From the NCBI RefSeq assembly GCF_009914755.1, contig NC_060940.1: a DNA stretch of 64,000 nt, one strand, 5' to 3'. The notes below the pieces were generated by a model. That model was not told the DNA's origin, did no database searches, and was given only the letters and a program-made list of their open reading frames with translations. Below are positions 31,101 through 44,604 of this stretch, in pieces (position 1 is the stretch's first letter; the number at the start of each line of letters is the position of its first letter). The position numbers and the translations under genes are program-made. The DNA is from the human T2T-CHM13v2.0 reference genome, Homo sapiens.

Positions 31101-31110
31101 TCAGAATTGG
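25185..31110 (-). mobile_element. Large old L1 (L1MC-like), internally deleted, with ORF2 and ORF1 remnants
   Basis: AT-rich block with an L1M 3' end at left (ccagtttcccccaatggtaa...gatattgacattgatacagtcaa). Minus-strand ORF fragments resemble ORF2 (IDQYRYAQLIFDKG) and ORF1p (KEIMAENFPN; LKNSITKIE...ERINELEDRTIEI). The 5' boundary is uncertain. Confidence 0.85.
30086..30415 (-). mobile_element. THE1/MST MaLR solo LTR nested in the L1
   Basis: tgtattagtc...gaggcctcaggaaacttataatcatggcagaagg...ccatatca. Confidence 0.85.
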
Positions 31111-32856
31111 AATCCTTAGTGTTTGTTTTTTAAGATTATCTCCTCTTCTATCCCAGAATGCCAGCTTCATGAAAATGGGAGCCTCGTTCACTTCACTACT
31201 ATCCCTTAGCACCTAGAATGGTGCCTGGCACATAATAGGTGCTCAGTAAATACTTGTGGAATGAATGGATAAACACAGATAAAATAAAAACAGAGAAAAG
31301 GACAGATATGAAAACACTGCTCTGGTTTTAGCATGGGTGAGAGGCTATATCCATGAGCCTTCATCTCCCTGTTCCTCTCACCCCCCAGGGCCCCAACGCA
31401 CCCACAAAATACACAGTTTGAAAACTCTGGGGCCAGAACACCTGCTGGTTTTAGCAGCTTGTACTTCTGAACTGGCACACGGAGCTGCGTGGGTGATTGG
31501 CCTGGTTTCCGGAGCCAAGAGCAGATTGGACACCATAGGGAGAAAAGGGGAGGGTGGTGACAGGGGTTGTCAATTCTTCATCCCCTGGGAGCAGCAGGGG
31601 CAGAGGGACACAGGGGGAGCAGATTTAGAGGCACATAGACACCACCTTGCAACCTACTCCAGGCCCTGCCCAGTGGGGAGGTTGTAACGGATCACTAAGG
31701 AAGGCTGCCTTGGCTGCCTGCAGACCAGAGGGGTACAGATTCACCATGTGGGGCACGGCTGGGCACAGATGCATAATCCAGGCCACCCTCAGGGCCCAAG
31801 AGCTGATGGGACTAGGAGCTGGATAGTGGCAGGCTCTGAGGGCCCAGCTGGTCCCTCCATGGCCCACAGGGCACCCTTGGGCAGCCACATCCCTTTCCCC
31901 AACCCTGGTCTTAGAATAAAGGAGGCCGCAGCCACCTGCCTCAGGTTGATGAGTAAGGGCAGACTTCCTGCTGATCACACAGCCTCTCAGCAGAGACATC
32001 AGCACACACACCCTCTCCAGTTGTCTTTGGGGCCCAGGCTCTGGTAGGGTCACAGCAGCAGACTCAACCCCTTAAGGGATTGGCCTGCTGGAATACCAGC
32101 TAACCCCTCCAGAGAGCAAAGGGGCCGCCTGGGGTCCCCAGAGAGGAAAGAGGCTGGTCTGCTGTTTCCACATAGTCATGGAGACTAGAAAGGGAGGGAC
32201 AGCAGTGAGGCCTATATTCCACAGGGACAGGGCCCCAGAAACAGAAAGGGGCCACTAGGACAGGAGTGAGAACCTTCCCTAGATCTGGCCCAACTTGCTA
32301 CTCTCTTGCTGTGTGACATGGGCCAAATTGCATAACTTCTCTGGGCCCTCCAGCTCTTATAAGCTTCCACACCACGATGTCCCACTACCCTCAGTCTGCA
32401 GAGTGAATGCTTGAGATAAGATTTCACTGTGTGTGCAGGAGTAAGAGGAGACCTTTTTCCATTTCTCTCCAGACTGATAAAAGGCAAAACAGAAGCAGAA
32501 AGCGCAAGGCTAGCTTTCCACACTCCTGCTGTCACCAGGAAAGCTGACATTCCAAGCAGGGGCCACAGACTCAAATTCCTGCAAGATCAGGCAGATGATG
32601 ACTAAGTGTGGAAGCGTGGGTAAATGTAAGGCAATAGGGTGTGGTGGGGACTGGGGTGAGCTGGAGACCAGATGCCTATCTAAAGTTTCAGTCATTCTCA
32701 GCCTTATCTCCAGGCTGCCTGGTGGCAATGCTGGTTGTGCAGGAACAGATCTTCCAATGATCATGAATCAGAAACCTGGACTTTTATGTAGAAGTTTTAC
32801 CATTTTAGATGTTAGAAATAAATCCAAACTTTTACAAGACACAATGGCAGGCCTAA

Positions 32857-33423
<567 letters not shown>

Positions 33424-33599
33424 AACCTTAATCTGATTCACTTGGTCCCTGCCACGTTAAGCCAAGCAGCTGCTTGGGCACCCATCAGGGTCCTGACCTG
33501 ACGTTGTCACAGGTAGGGAGAGCTGAGACATGGCGCCAAAAGGAGGAGTGGGCAGGAGGGCTCGCACTCACCGAGCAAACTCCGTGCTGAGTGCTCCAC

Positions 33600-34080
33600 A
33601 TGCATTGATTCACTAGCTCCTCGTGTTGGTTACTGTCTCCAAAGCTGGCCTCCAGGGAGCCACACCTCCCGCGGTTCATGCCTCCCCTTGAAGCTGGCCC
33701 TGTCACTTGCTCTTAACCAATAGAATGCAGCAGGAGTGACACTGTGTGATTTCTGAGGTTGGCTCATGCAGATACTGTGGTTTCCACCTGGGTCTCCTGG
33801 AACACTCACTCTTGAGATAGTCTCCCCAAGGACCCAGCCTCCAGGCTGTGTGAAGCCCCTCCGGCCGCCAGCCACCGCCAGCCGGCACCAGCTGCCAGTG
33901 TCATGAGGTGCCACCTTGGAGGTCCACCCCAGCCACGCCCCAGATGACCTCAGCTTCAGGTGACATCCAACTGAAGCTTCGAGGAAGAACCCAGCAAGCA
34001 CCACCCAGATGAGCCCGGTCCACCACCAAACGTAAGAACAAATAACAACACATTTTTACTAGTTACTATTATTACTACAT
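33600..34080. mobile_element. MLT1-type MaLR LTR
   Basis: cacttgctcttaaccaatagaatgcagcaggagtgacactgtgtgatttctgagg is typical of MLT1. Confidence 0.65.
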
Positions 34081-35045
34081 AATAACATATTTTTTACTAG
34101 ATTTGGGGGTGATGTGTACACCTCAACAGAGAAATGGAATACAATTCAAGAGACCCCCATGAGGCGGAAATTCGGGCTGTCCCATTTTCCAGCTGAGGAC
34201 ACAGAGGTGCAGAGGAGGTAAGTGACTTGGCCAAGGTCCCCGGCTGGTGAGGGGCAGGGGCAGGATCTGAACCCGAACTGTCTGACTCCAGGAGCCACAC
34301 CCTTGACCGCCCCTCCACGCTGCCACAGTGGCCCAGCAGTGTATGTCGGGGTGAGATTTGAACCCCAGGCTGTCAGACTCTTAACCATGGAGACCTTCTA
34401 CTTCTTGCAAAGGTGTCCCTCTAAGAAACCGGCACTCAACCGGCTTTGAGCGCCTCAAAACCCCTCCAGCTTCCAGAGACCCTGCAGCTTGTTCTTCCCT
34501 GCTGGGCAGGAAGACAGAGGCGGGTGCCATCTCTTCTCAGAGCTGTTCTCCTCTCCAGTACCGGGGGAGGGAGCAGGGAAGGCTCTCGGGCCAGGATTTT
34601 GACAAATGGCCTCACACATATTAAACAAGAGAGATGACATGGTGCAGCCCTGGCGAGGCCCCAAATGTGAGGGATGAAAAACGGGGCTGATCCATCTTGC
34701 AGGTCTCAGTGACAGGGAGAAATGGATCAGCACTAATAGGGGCTGCACACTGGGCCCCGGCCTTTAATAAGTCCAGTGGGAATTCGGTGCCCCTTGGGAG
34801 GCCAGCCCCGAAGGAGGGAGCAGAGGAGCAGGGCAGAAATCCCTGGCTTCCAGGGAAAGAATGTTCCCCTGGCTGACACCAGCAGGCTTGACTTGAGACA
34901 CTGAGCACCAGAGGAGAGAGCCAGGGCCTTCTGGAAAGGGGGACTCATGGGGAGGAACCAGTTCCTACCAGGGCAAGTGATTCAAACTTTCTGATTCTCA
35001 GCATCTGCATATGCAACACGAGGTTACTGCATGTGTTAAACTTCT

Positions 35046-35336
35046 TATCAGTAGCATGATATTGCTCATGTTAAATTTCATATCAGTAGCACGATGTCGC
35101 GCGTGCCGAATTTCACATCAGTAGCACGATGTCGCGCGTGCCGAATTTCACATCAGTAGCATGATGTCGCGCGTGCCGAATTTCACATCAGTAGCACGAT
35201 GTCGCGCGTGCCGAATTTCACATCAGTAGCACGATGTCGCGCGTGCCGAATTTCACACCAGTAGCACGATGTCGCGCGTGCCGAATTTCACATCAGTAGC
35301 ACGTTGTTTCGTGTGTTAAATTTCATATCAGTAGCA
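35046..35336. repeat. 35-bp minisatellite (VNTR), about 8.3 copies
   Basis: Unit CATCAGTAGCACGATGTCGCGCGTGCCGAATTTCA starts at 35081, 35116, 35151, 35186, 35221 and 35256. Degenerate units start at 35046 and 35291. Confidence 0.97.
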
Positions 35337-37564
35337 ACAATATAAGAGCTGGTGTTTACTGAGAACACACCATGTGTGGAACATCACAGAAAGCACATCA
35401 ATGAACTCTCATTATTACCCATCTTCTCAGAGAGGCTTCCAGTATGGCTCTAGAGCCAGACTGCCTGGGTTTGAATCCCAGCTCTACCCCTCGCAGCTGG
35501 AAGACCTCAGGGCAGGTTACTTAAGTTCTCTGTGCCTCCATGAAATACCTACCTGATTCATGGCACATCAGCGCTCAGTAAATCTAAGATATTATTACAC
35601 ACATGGTCAACACAAATATTAGTTCCCTTCCTCTGTGCCCTTCTCTAGCTCAGGGAGAAGATCTTCCAAGTTCAAGGTCTCAGGAAGGAACAGCTGCAGG
35701 GGGAAGGGTTGGGTAAAGGGAGGTCAGAACCTCAGCTGGCTTCCCTGGGATTGTTCTACTTAAAGGGATCGGGGCCAGGGTTAATGGGTCAAGGTCCCTT
35801 TAAGGCAAATGCTTTTGGTTTTAAAAGGATGGAATTGAGCAGAGAGTGGAGATGGAGCTGGGGTGCCCACTGAACTGGTATGGGGTCTTTTTTAAAATTA
35901 TAATCATAGTCCCTCCTGCTCCATTCTGAGATGCTCTCTCACCTCCAGGTCCTTGGACCTGCTGTTCCCTCTGCCTAGCACCTGATTCCCTCCTGTTTTG
36001 CCTTCAAAATTCTTCCTGGGGACCCGCCCCACCCAAAGCTGTGTCAGTCAATGCCCTTCCTCTGTGCTCCTGCAGCTGCCTGTGAACTCTCCTCCCCACA
36101 CACATCTACATCACAGCACAGTTCAGATACAGCTGGTTCACTTGTCTCAATCCCTGTTGCAACGCTGTCTCAGCACTGCTGCATCCCGAGCACCTAGAAG
36201 AACAGCTGTCCTAGAGGAAGTACTCAGTTAATATGTGTTAAATGACTGAATGGGTAAATGCTCCCCAACTACCAGCCCCAGACCTGGATACCCTGTGTAG
36301 TGGACAATTGTGGTCTCTGTCTTTCCAGCCTGAAGAGACTTCCCCTACTTCTCTTTCTGTCCAAGGGTTTGGGTGAGGCTAATGCCATGCTCTGGACCAT
36401 GTGGCTCAGGTCATTCCAGTCTCCCCCAGGGTCTAAATCATTGGTTCAGGTTTGGTCACATACTTAAGCTAAGCCAATGAAAGTCATAACCAGGATTTTA
36501 GCTGGAAATATGGGAAAGAAACCCTATCTCTCTGCTGGTATTGCTACATTTTTAAGATGGAAGTCTGGCACTCCAGCCTGGGTGACAGAGCAGAGACTCT
36601 GTAAAAAAAAAAAAAAAAAAAAAAAAAAGGAAGGCTGGTCTGTGCATTGTGATAATCTTTGCTAGCATTTGGGGAAAAGCTGTTTGAGAATGAAGCCAAC
36701 ACCAATTCAAAGGGAAGAGAGACAAGATAAGGAGAGGGCATGAGGGCATGACTGGGTTCCAGATGAAATCTGGTCACCTGGATCCAGCTGTGTCTGAAGC
36801 AGACTTTGTGGTAGCTCACTCAGCATCTATTCCATCCACTCACCATTTGAGAGGTTTTGACTCATTCTTTGCTCCAGAGGTGGGCTTGGTCAAACTAAGG
36901 GAATAAGCTCATGATATTCCCCCAGCTGTGGCAATGAATAAGGAGAGAGAATATGACCTAAGCCCACCAGAGGGAAGCTTGGGACTCTAGTCAATCTTGG
37001 AGAACAAGAGGCCCTTTCTCTCCTACAAGGGAAGGAGAATGCACCAGCCTTAGGAAGAGCTCTCCCCAACAGGGAAGCCAGCCAAGCAACAAAGTAAACA
37101 TGTGGAGGGTGCCAAGCTCAGATGACTATACAGAGGAAGAGAACTCAGCCCTTATGACCTCAGTGACTCTGGAACAAACGTGTCCTGAAGTCCACACCAT
37201 AGCTGTGCTTTTCCTTTCCATGAACCAATGTATGATATCTCCTTACTTAGACTGATGCAGGTAGGTTTTTCTGTTACAACCCAGAGCACCCTAGCTGATC
37301 CACCTGGACTTTCCAGTTACACAAACAAATGAACACCCCTTGTTCACTTACGCTTGGGATTCTATCACTCAAAAGCAAAAGAACCCTGACTAATCATGCC
37401 TTTCATATGCAAACCCCGCTTTGAGGTGCTGACCTGTTTCCTGTATTCAGAGCCCCTCACTGGAGTCCACCTACCCCATCAGACCACCCAGAACCCTCCA
37501 CAGCTCGCCTAACTTCAGGTCTTGCCAGCTTCCATCTCCAACCTTCCATAGCACGCCTCTTAGG

Positions 37565-37889
37565 CAGGGGTCGGCTGGGGGTCAGAGAGTATTTTTGACT
37601 TTGTGAGCCATTCAGTCTCTGTCACCACCGCCCAGTGCTGCCATCTCAGTGTTAAAGCAGCCGTGGATAATATAAAACAATGAGAGTAGCTGTGTTCCAA
37701 GAAAACCTTATTTATGGACATTGAAATTTGAATTTCATGTAATTTTCACATGTCACAAAACAGCATTCCTCTTCCTTTGATTTATTTTCTTAGCAGTTAA
37801 AAATCCAAAAGCCATCCTTAGCTTGAGGGCTGCATATAAACAGGTGGTGGGCCAGATTTGACCCACAGGCCCTAGTTTGCCAATCCCTG
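37565..37889. mobile_element. MER58B-like DNA transposon fossil
   Basis: caggggtcggc ... gtgttccaagaaaaccttatttatggacattgaaatttgaatttcat ... tagtttgccaatccctg. Confidence 0.75.
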
Positions 37890-38047
37890 CCCTGGGGTCT
37901 TAAAGCGCCTTTGGACTACAGCCCCTCCAACTCCCCCCATTTCTCCTCCCCCCCACCGCCCCCCACCCCACTGGGCTGAGCTGCTGAAGTCCCAGCGTGC
38001 CTTGGGCCCTGGTGCCTGAAGCTGCTCTTGTCCTGAAGGTCCACTTA

Positions 38048-38612
<565 letters not shown>

Positions 38613-39005
38613 GCTAAATTGTTTATGTTTAAAGCATTTTCCCCCATCTAGTAAGAAGACCCAGCTGTAGAGTGGGCTTTGGCTGGGATCAGGGGACCAT
38701 TATTTTCTCAGTGTTTTGTAGACTTTCCACTCTTTTAAGACAGAGCAGAGAAAACTGCCTGGCTGCTAATGGGAGAATGGGGACCCCAAAAGCCTATTAT
38801 ATTTCTCTTAGTACTAGTGAGCTTGAGCATTTTTCACATTTATTAACCACTTCTAGTTCTGCTTCTTTGAATGTCTGTATCATTTGCCAATTTTCTTTTT
38901 GTTTTTAAAAATCTTTTTCCTTATCAATTGGTAGGAATTCTTTGTGTATTCTGAATATTAATCTTGTCTGTTGCATAGATTACACCTTTTTAAAACAATT
39001 AATAA

Positions 39006-39125
<120 letters not shown>

Positions 39126-39771
39126 TAAGTAGCTGGGACTACAAGCACCCACCACCACACCTGGCTAATTTTTGTATTTCCCCTACTGATTTTAAAGGAC
39201 ACTTTTATACCATATTCCAAGTCCCATAATTACATGGGTGCACTTCCTAACTGTTCATTCTGTCCCACCGATCTTTCTCTGTGTTCCTGCATCAGTGCCA
39301 CACTGTTTTAATCACTGTAACTTTACAGTACAATCTGTTTTCTGAAGGGACAAGTCTCTCCTCTTTATTACTGCCCAATGCTGAGTCTCTCTGGAATTGT
39401 TACCCTGCCCAGAAGCTGTTCCCGCTCAGAAGGGTGTTGACCCCTTTCTTAGTCTTCTGCCAGTTCCTTTTCTGAGGGCTGGAATATTCATGAGAAGGAC
39501 AACTCCTTATGCCAGGATAGTAGGAGCACAACAGTATTTTAATACAAAATCTCCCACCCAGAAGGTGGACTTAGCCTGTTGGCAAAATAATTAATTTTCT
39601 GAACTATTAGTTTAGAAAAGCATTGATTCCTAAATTAAATTCTATTTATCCCCAAATACGAGAGACCATGCTTTAAGGAAATTCAATAAGTAAAAATTAC
39701 AGTTCACTCAAAGATACCTTGGTGGAACTCTCTGATTGCATTTTAAAGATTCTGCTTCAAAATCTGACCCT

Positions 39772-40088
<317 letters not shown>

Positions 40089-40693
40089 CTATGTTTTCAA
40101 AAGCTTGTTCATTCTGTAAAGCAAGGTCCACCCACAGCATCTGTCCTACAAATCCTTGTCAGAAGGAATCATTTCCAACTCATCTGAATTAAAAAGAGAC
40201 TTTTTGGTGAGTTACTGCACCTCCTGAATTAGAGGAGACTAAATGAATGAGGCTTTCCTGCTGCCGTGATTACTTCCTGGCTTGGACTCACACCAGGAAA
40301 CCCACAGCTGTAAATCTCTCCTTGTGGTTTCTGGAATCTCCCAACTCCTGAAACTATAAATGGAATTCCCAACCGGTGTGGTCAGGTGGGTATGGTTCCT
40401 CCAGGCCCCAAGGAAATCTTGGAGAACACTGGAAATGGGGGGATGTTGGCCAGGGGGCCAGAGCTGTGCTGGGTGTGGTGCTCCCCAGAACTTAGAGCAG
40501 GAAGAGCTGTCATGACTCCTAGCCCTGCCCTGTGCTAGTCCAAACTGAGGAAGCTGAATTCTGTTAAGTCCAGGAGTGTTGAGTCCAGGGGGGCTAAGAA
40601 TTAAGAGACAATGTCAAGTGCATCACAAGGTGAGCCCAGAGGAAAGCAGAGCCAGGAAAGTGAAAGAGAGAGCCGAGCTTCCAGCTCTGTCAC

Positions 40694-41079
40694 TGATATG
40701 GTGTGGATCTGTGTCCCCACCCAAATCTCTCACCGAATTGTAATCCCCAGTGTTGGAGAAGGGGCCTGGTGGGACGTGACTGGATCATGGGGGGAGATTT
40801 CCCTCTTGCTGTTCTCGTGATAGCGAGTGAGTTCTCACGAGAGAGCTGGTTGTTTAAAAGTGTGTAGCACCTCCCCCTTCACTCTCTTCCTCCTTCTCCA
40901 GCCATGTAAGACATGCCTGCTTCCCCTTCGCCCTCTGCTGTGATTGTAAGTTTCCTGAGGCCTCCCAAGCCATGCTTCCTCTACAGCCTGCAGAACCATG
41001 AGCCAATTAAACCTCCTTTCTTTACAAGTTACCCAGTCTCAGGTAGTTCTTTATAGCAATGTGAGAACTGACTAATACA
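40694..41079 (+). mobile_element. MSTA-like MaLR solo LTR inserted in a MIR
   Basis: tgatatgg...gactaataca with a perfect 5-bp TSD gtcac; MIR sequence continues after it. Confidence 0.88.
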
Positions 41080-42012
41080 GTCACTTACCAGCTTTGTAAC
41101 ATTGGGTAGGTTGACTTTCTGTGCCTCAGTTTCCTCACCTGTCATATGGGGATAATAATAGTACCTACCTCATAGACTGGTATGAGGATTCAGTGGCTTA
41201 TATTTATAAAGCACTTAGAACAGCACTAGGCACAAAATAAGCTCCACAGAAGTTTCTTGAATGAATGAATGAATGAAGAGTGCACATCTGAGACTCACTA
41301 TGTAGGCCCACTAGACTGTATGCTAGTCCAGAGACCAGATCTGTTTGGCTCTCCCCTGAATCCCCAGCGCCAAGCCCAGTACCTGACACACAGTAGGCAT
41401 TCAATAAGTGTTTACTGAATGAATAAATGAGCAGTGATTGAGAGGTGCTTGGGGATGTTGGGCTGGTTAGTATAAAGGTCAAGAGTGTGGGATATGGCAA
41501 TGAGCTAGGACAGGACCAGACTGCAAAACTTTGTCTAGGAGAGCACGTGTCAGGGTCACCATTCATTCATTTATCATGTATTCATTCAATCAGCCAACGA
41601 ATATTTAGCAAAGGCTTTTCACATGCCAGACACTATTCCAGGGGGTTGGGGAGTGGTAGACTGGAATAGATGGGCAGATGTCCTGCTCTTAACGGGCATG
41701 GGTTCTAGTGGAGGCAGCCAGACAATTAGCATATAAACTAACATGAAATTTCAGGCAGTAAACATTTCCATGAAAAAACTAAAATAGGGCCAAGTGGTGA
41801 AGAGTCCTTGGAGGTGGGGGGCACTTCAGCCTGGGTGGTTAGGGAGAGCATCTCAGAGGAAGTGACATTTAAGCAGAGGTTTGGAATGAGGAGCTGAGGG
41901 CAGCCATGCAGAAGACTGGGGAAGAGCATTCCAGACATAGAGAGAAGCCTGGGCAAAGGCTGGGGCTGAAGGCTGGGAGGAAATGCTGTAGCAGAGTGAG
42001 CAAGGGGTAGGA

Positions 42013-42320
42013 TGGGCCTGGTGCGGTGGCTCACGCCTGTAATCCCAGCACTTTGGGAGGCCGAGGCAGGTGGATCACCTGAGGTCAGGGGTTCGAAACC
42101 AGCCTGACCAACATGGCAAAACCCTATCTCTACTAAAAATACAAGAATTAGCCAGGTGTGGTGGCACATGCCTCCGCTACTCGGGAGGCTGAAGCAGGAG
42201 AATCGCTTAAACCTAGGAGGCAGAAGCTGCAGAAGCTGCAGTGAGGCAAGATCATACCACTGCACTCCAGCCTGGGTGACAGAGTGAGCCTCTATCCCCC
42301 CCCAAAAAAAAAAAAAAAAG
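42013..42320 (+). mobile_element. Alu (S-like) within L2 fragments
   Basis: Full Alu with poly-A. Confidence 0.85.
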
Positions 42321-42629
42321 AGAGAAAAGAAAGGGGAGGGATGTGTCAGATGGAGTCAGAAAGGCAGGCAGGAGCAGGGCCATGCAGGGCCCTGGAGCCC
42401 ACAGTGCAGTTTGGCTCTCACCCTATGCAGGACGAGAAGTCAGTAAAAGGCTATCCGCCTTAAGCAGGGGTCTAACTGATTCTTCTAAGAAAATCATTCT
42501 GATTACTGTGTGGAGACAGTGATTGTAAGGGGAGGAGGTAAGCCCGGCTGACAGGCTGTTGCAAGGGCCCAGGGTAAGCTGTTTTTGGTTAGGCTGGTGT
42601 TGCTGGCAGCTCTGAGGTATGTTTAGTTT

Positions 42630-42925
42630 GTTTGTTTACTTTTGTTTTGTTTTGAGACAGAGTCTCACTCTGTCATCCAAGCAGTAGTGCAGTGGTGCAA
42701 TCATAGCTCACTGTTAACCTCAAACTCCTCCAGCCTCAGCCTCCTGAGTAACTGGGACTAAAGGTGCATGCCACCACACTTGGCTATTGTATTTATTTAT
42801 TTATTTATTTATTTTAGAGATGGAGTCTCCCTGTGTTGTCCAGGCTGGTCCCAAACTCCTGGCCTCAAGTGATCCTCCAGCCCAAAGCACTGGGATTACA
42901 GGCGTGAGCCACTGTGCCCAGCCTG
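42630..42925 (-). mobile_element. Alu (J-like)
   Basis: Reverse Alu dimer. Confidence 0.8.
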
Positions 42926-43116
42926 GGGCAAGTTTTGAGGGTGGAGTCAATAGGACTCGCTGTTGGGCTGCACACAGGTGGTATCCCTGGGATCTAGGAT
43001 GACATCAAGAGTTTGGGTTTCAGCGTCTGGGCAGATGCCATTTGCCAAGATGAAGAAGATGAAGGGAGGAAGAAGTTTGGGTGGGTAGAATCCTATTTGT
43101 GCCATATTCATTTGAA

Positions 43117-43120
<4 letters not shown>

Positions 43121-43152
<32 letters not shown>

Positions 43153-43431
43153 AGATGGGAATCTCACTCTGTCACCCAGGCTGGAGTGCAGTGGCATGAT
43201 CTTGGGTCGCCACAACCTCTGCCTCCCGGGTTCAAGTGATTCTCCTGCCTCAGCCTCCTGAGTAGCTGGGATTACAGGTGCCACCACTACACCCGGCTAA
43301 TTTTTGTATTTTTAGTAGAGACAGGGGTTTCACCATGTTAGTCAGGCTGGTCTTGAACTCCTGATCTCAGGTGATCTGCCCACCTTGGTCCCAAAGTGCT
43401 GGGAATACAGGCGTGAGCCACCGTGCCGGCC
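43121..43431 (-). mobile_element. Alu (S-like)
   Basis: Long poly-T; TSD ttgaaatgcct. Confidence 0.88.
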
Positions 43432-44281
43432 TTGAAATGCCTATTTTATATCTAAGCTGGGATAGCAAGCAAACAGTTGAAGGGCCAGTTCTGCGATTCA
43501 AGGAGTAGTCAGAACCGGAGACTTAAATGCGTGAATCATCTGCATGCGAATGATAAATAACACAATGTGCCTAGAAGAGGTCACCTGGAGAGAGACTGTA
43601 GGAAGAGGAGAGAGAAGGGTCCCAGGATGAAGCCAACATCTGATATTAAGCAGAGCAGGAGGGACCAGCAAAGAAAGCTGAGGCAGAGTGGCCAGGGAGG
43701 CTGAGGGAAAACCAGCGTGGAGTCTTCAACTGCAAGAGGTTTAGAAGAGGAGGAGGGTAAATGATAGAGAAAGCTTTCAAAGCATAATGCTGCCTGGGGA
43801 AGTGGGAAAATGGGGGTGATAGCTGGAGAGGGCCTGGGGCTCAGGAAGGCATTTTATTTATTTAAAAATATATACATGTAATACATCTATCTATCTATCA
43901 TCTACCTTTTTTTTTTATTTTTTTTTGTACAGACAGCGTCCCTCCATGTTGCCCAGACTGGTCTCAAACTCCTGTCCTCAAGCAACCCTCCAGACTCAGC
44001 CTCCCAAAGCTCTGGAATTACAGGCATGAGCCACCGGGAGATAGAGAATGTTAAACGCCGGGAAGGCGTTTTAACAATGGGAGATAGAGAATGTTTCCAT
44101 GCCCATGCAGAATGATCACGTGGAGAGGGAGAGATGGACAGAGCAGGGGAGCGAGAGGGCGATTGTGGAAGCAAGGTCCAGAGACGGCCAGAAGGTGCGA
44201 GGAGGTTCTAGAAAACAAGAGGGCTGGCTTTTGATGGGAATTGGGATGCGTTACCCAAGAGAGCAGGAAGACAGCGTCTGA

Positions 44282-44604
<323 letters not shown>

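Noticed and set aside
35046-35336. CRISPR-like appearance of the 35-bp repeats
   Set aside because: The units are head-to-tail with no unique spacers, and the DNA is primate; this is a minisatellite.
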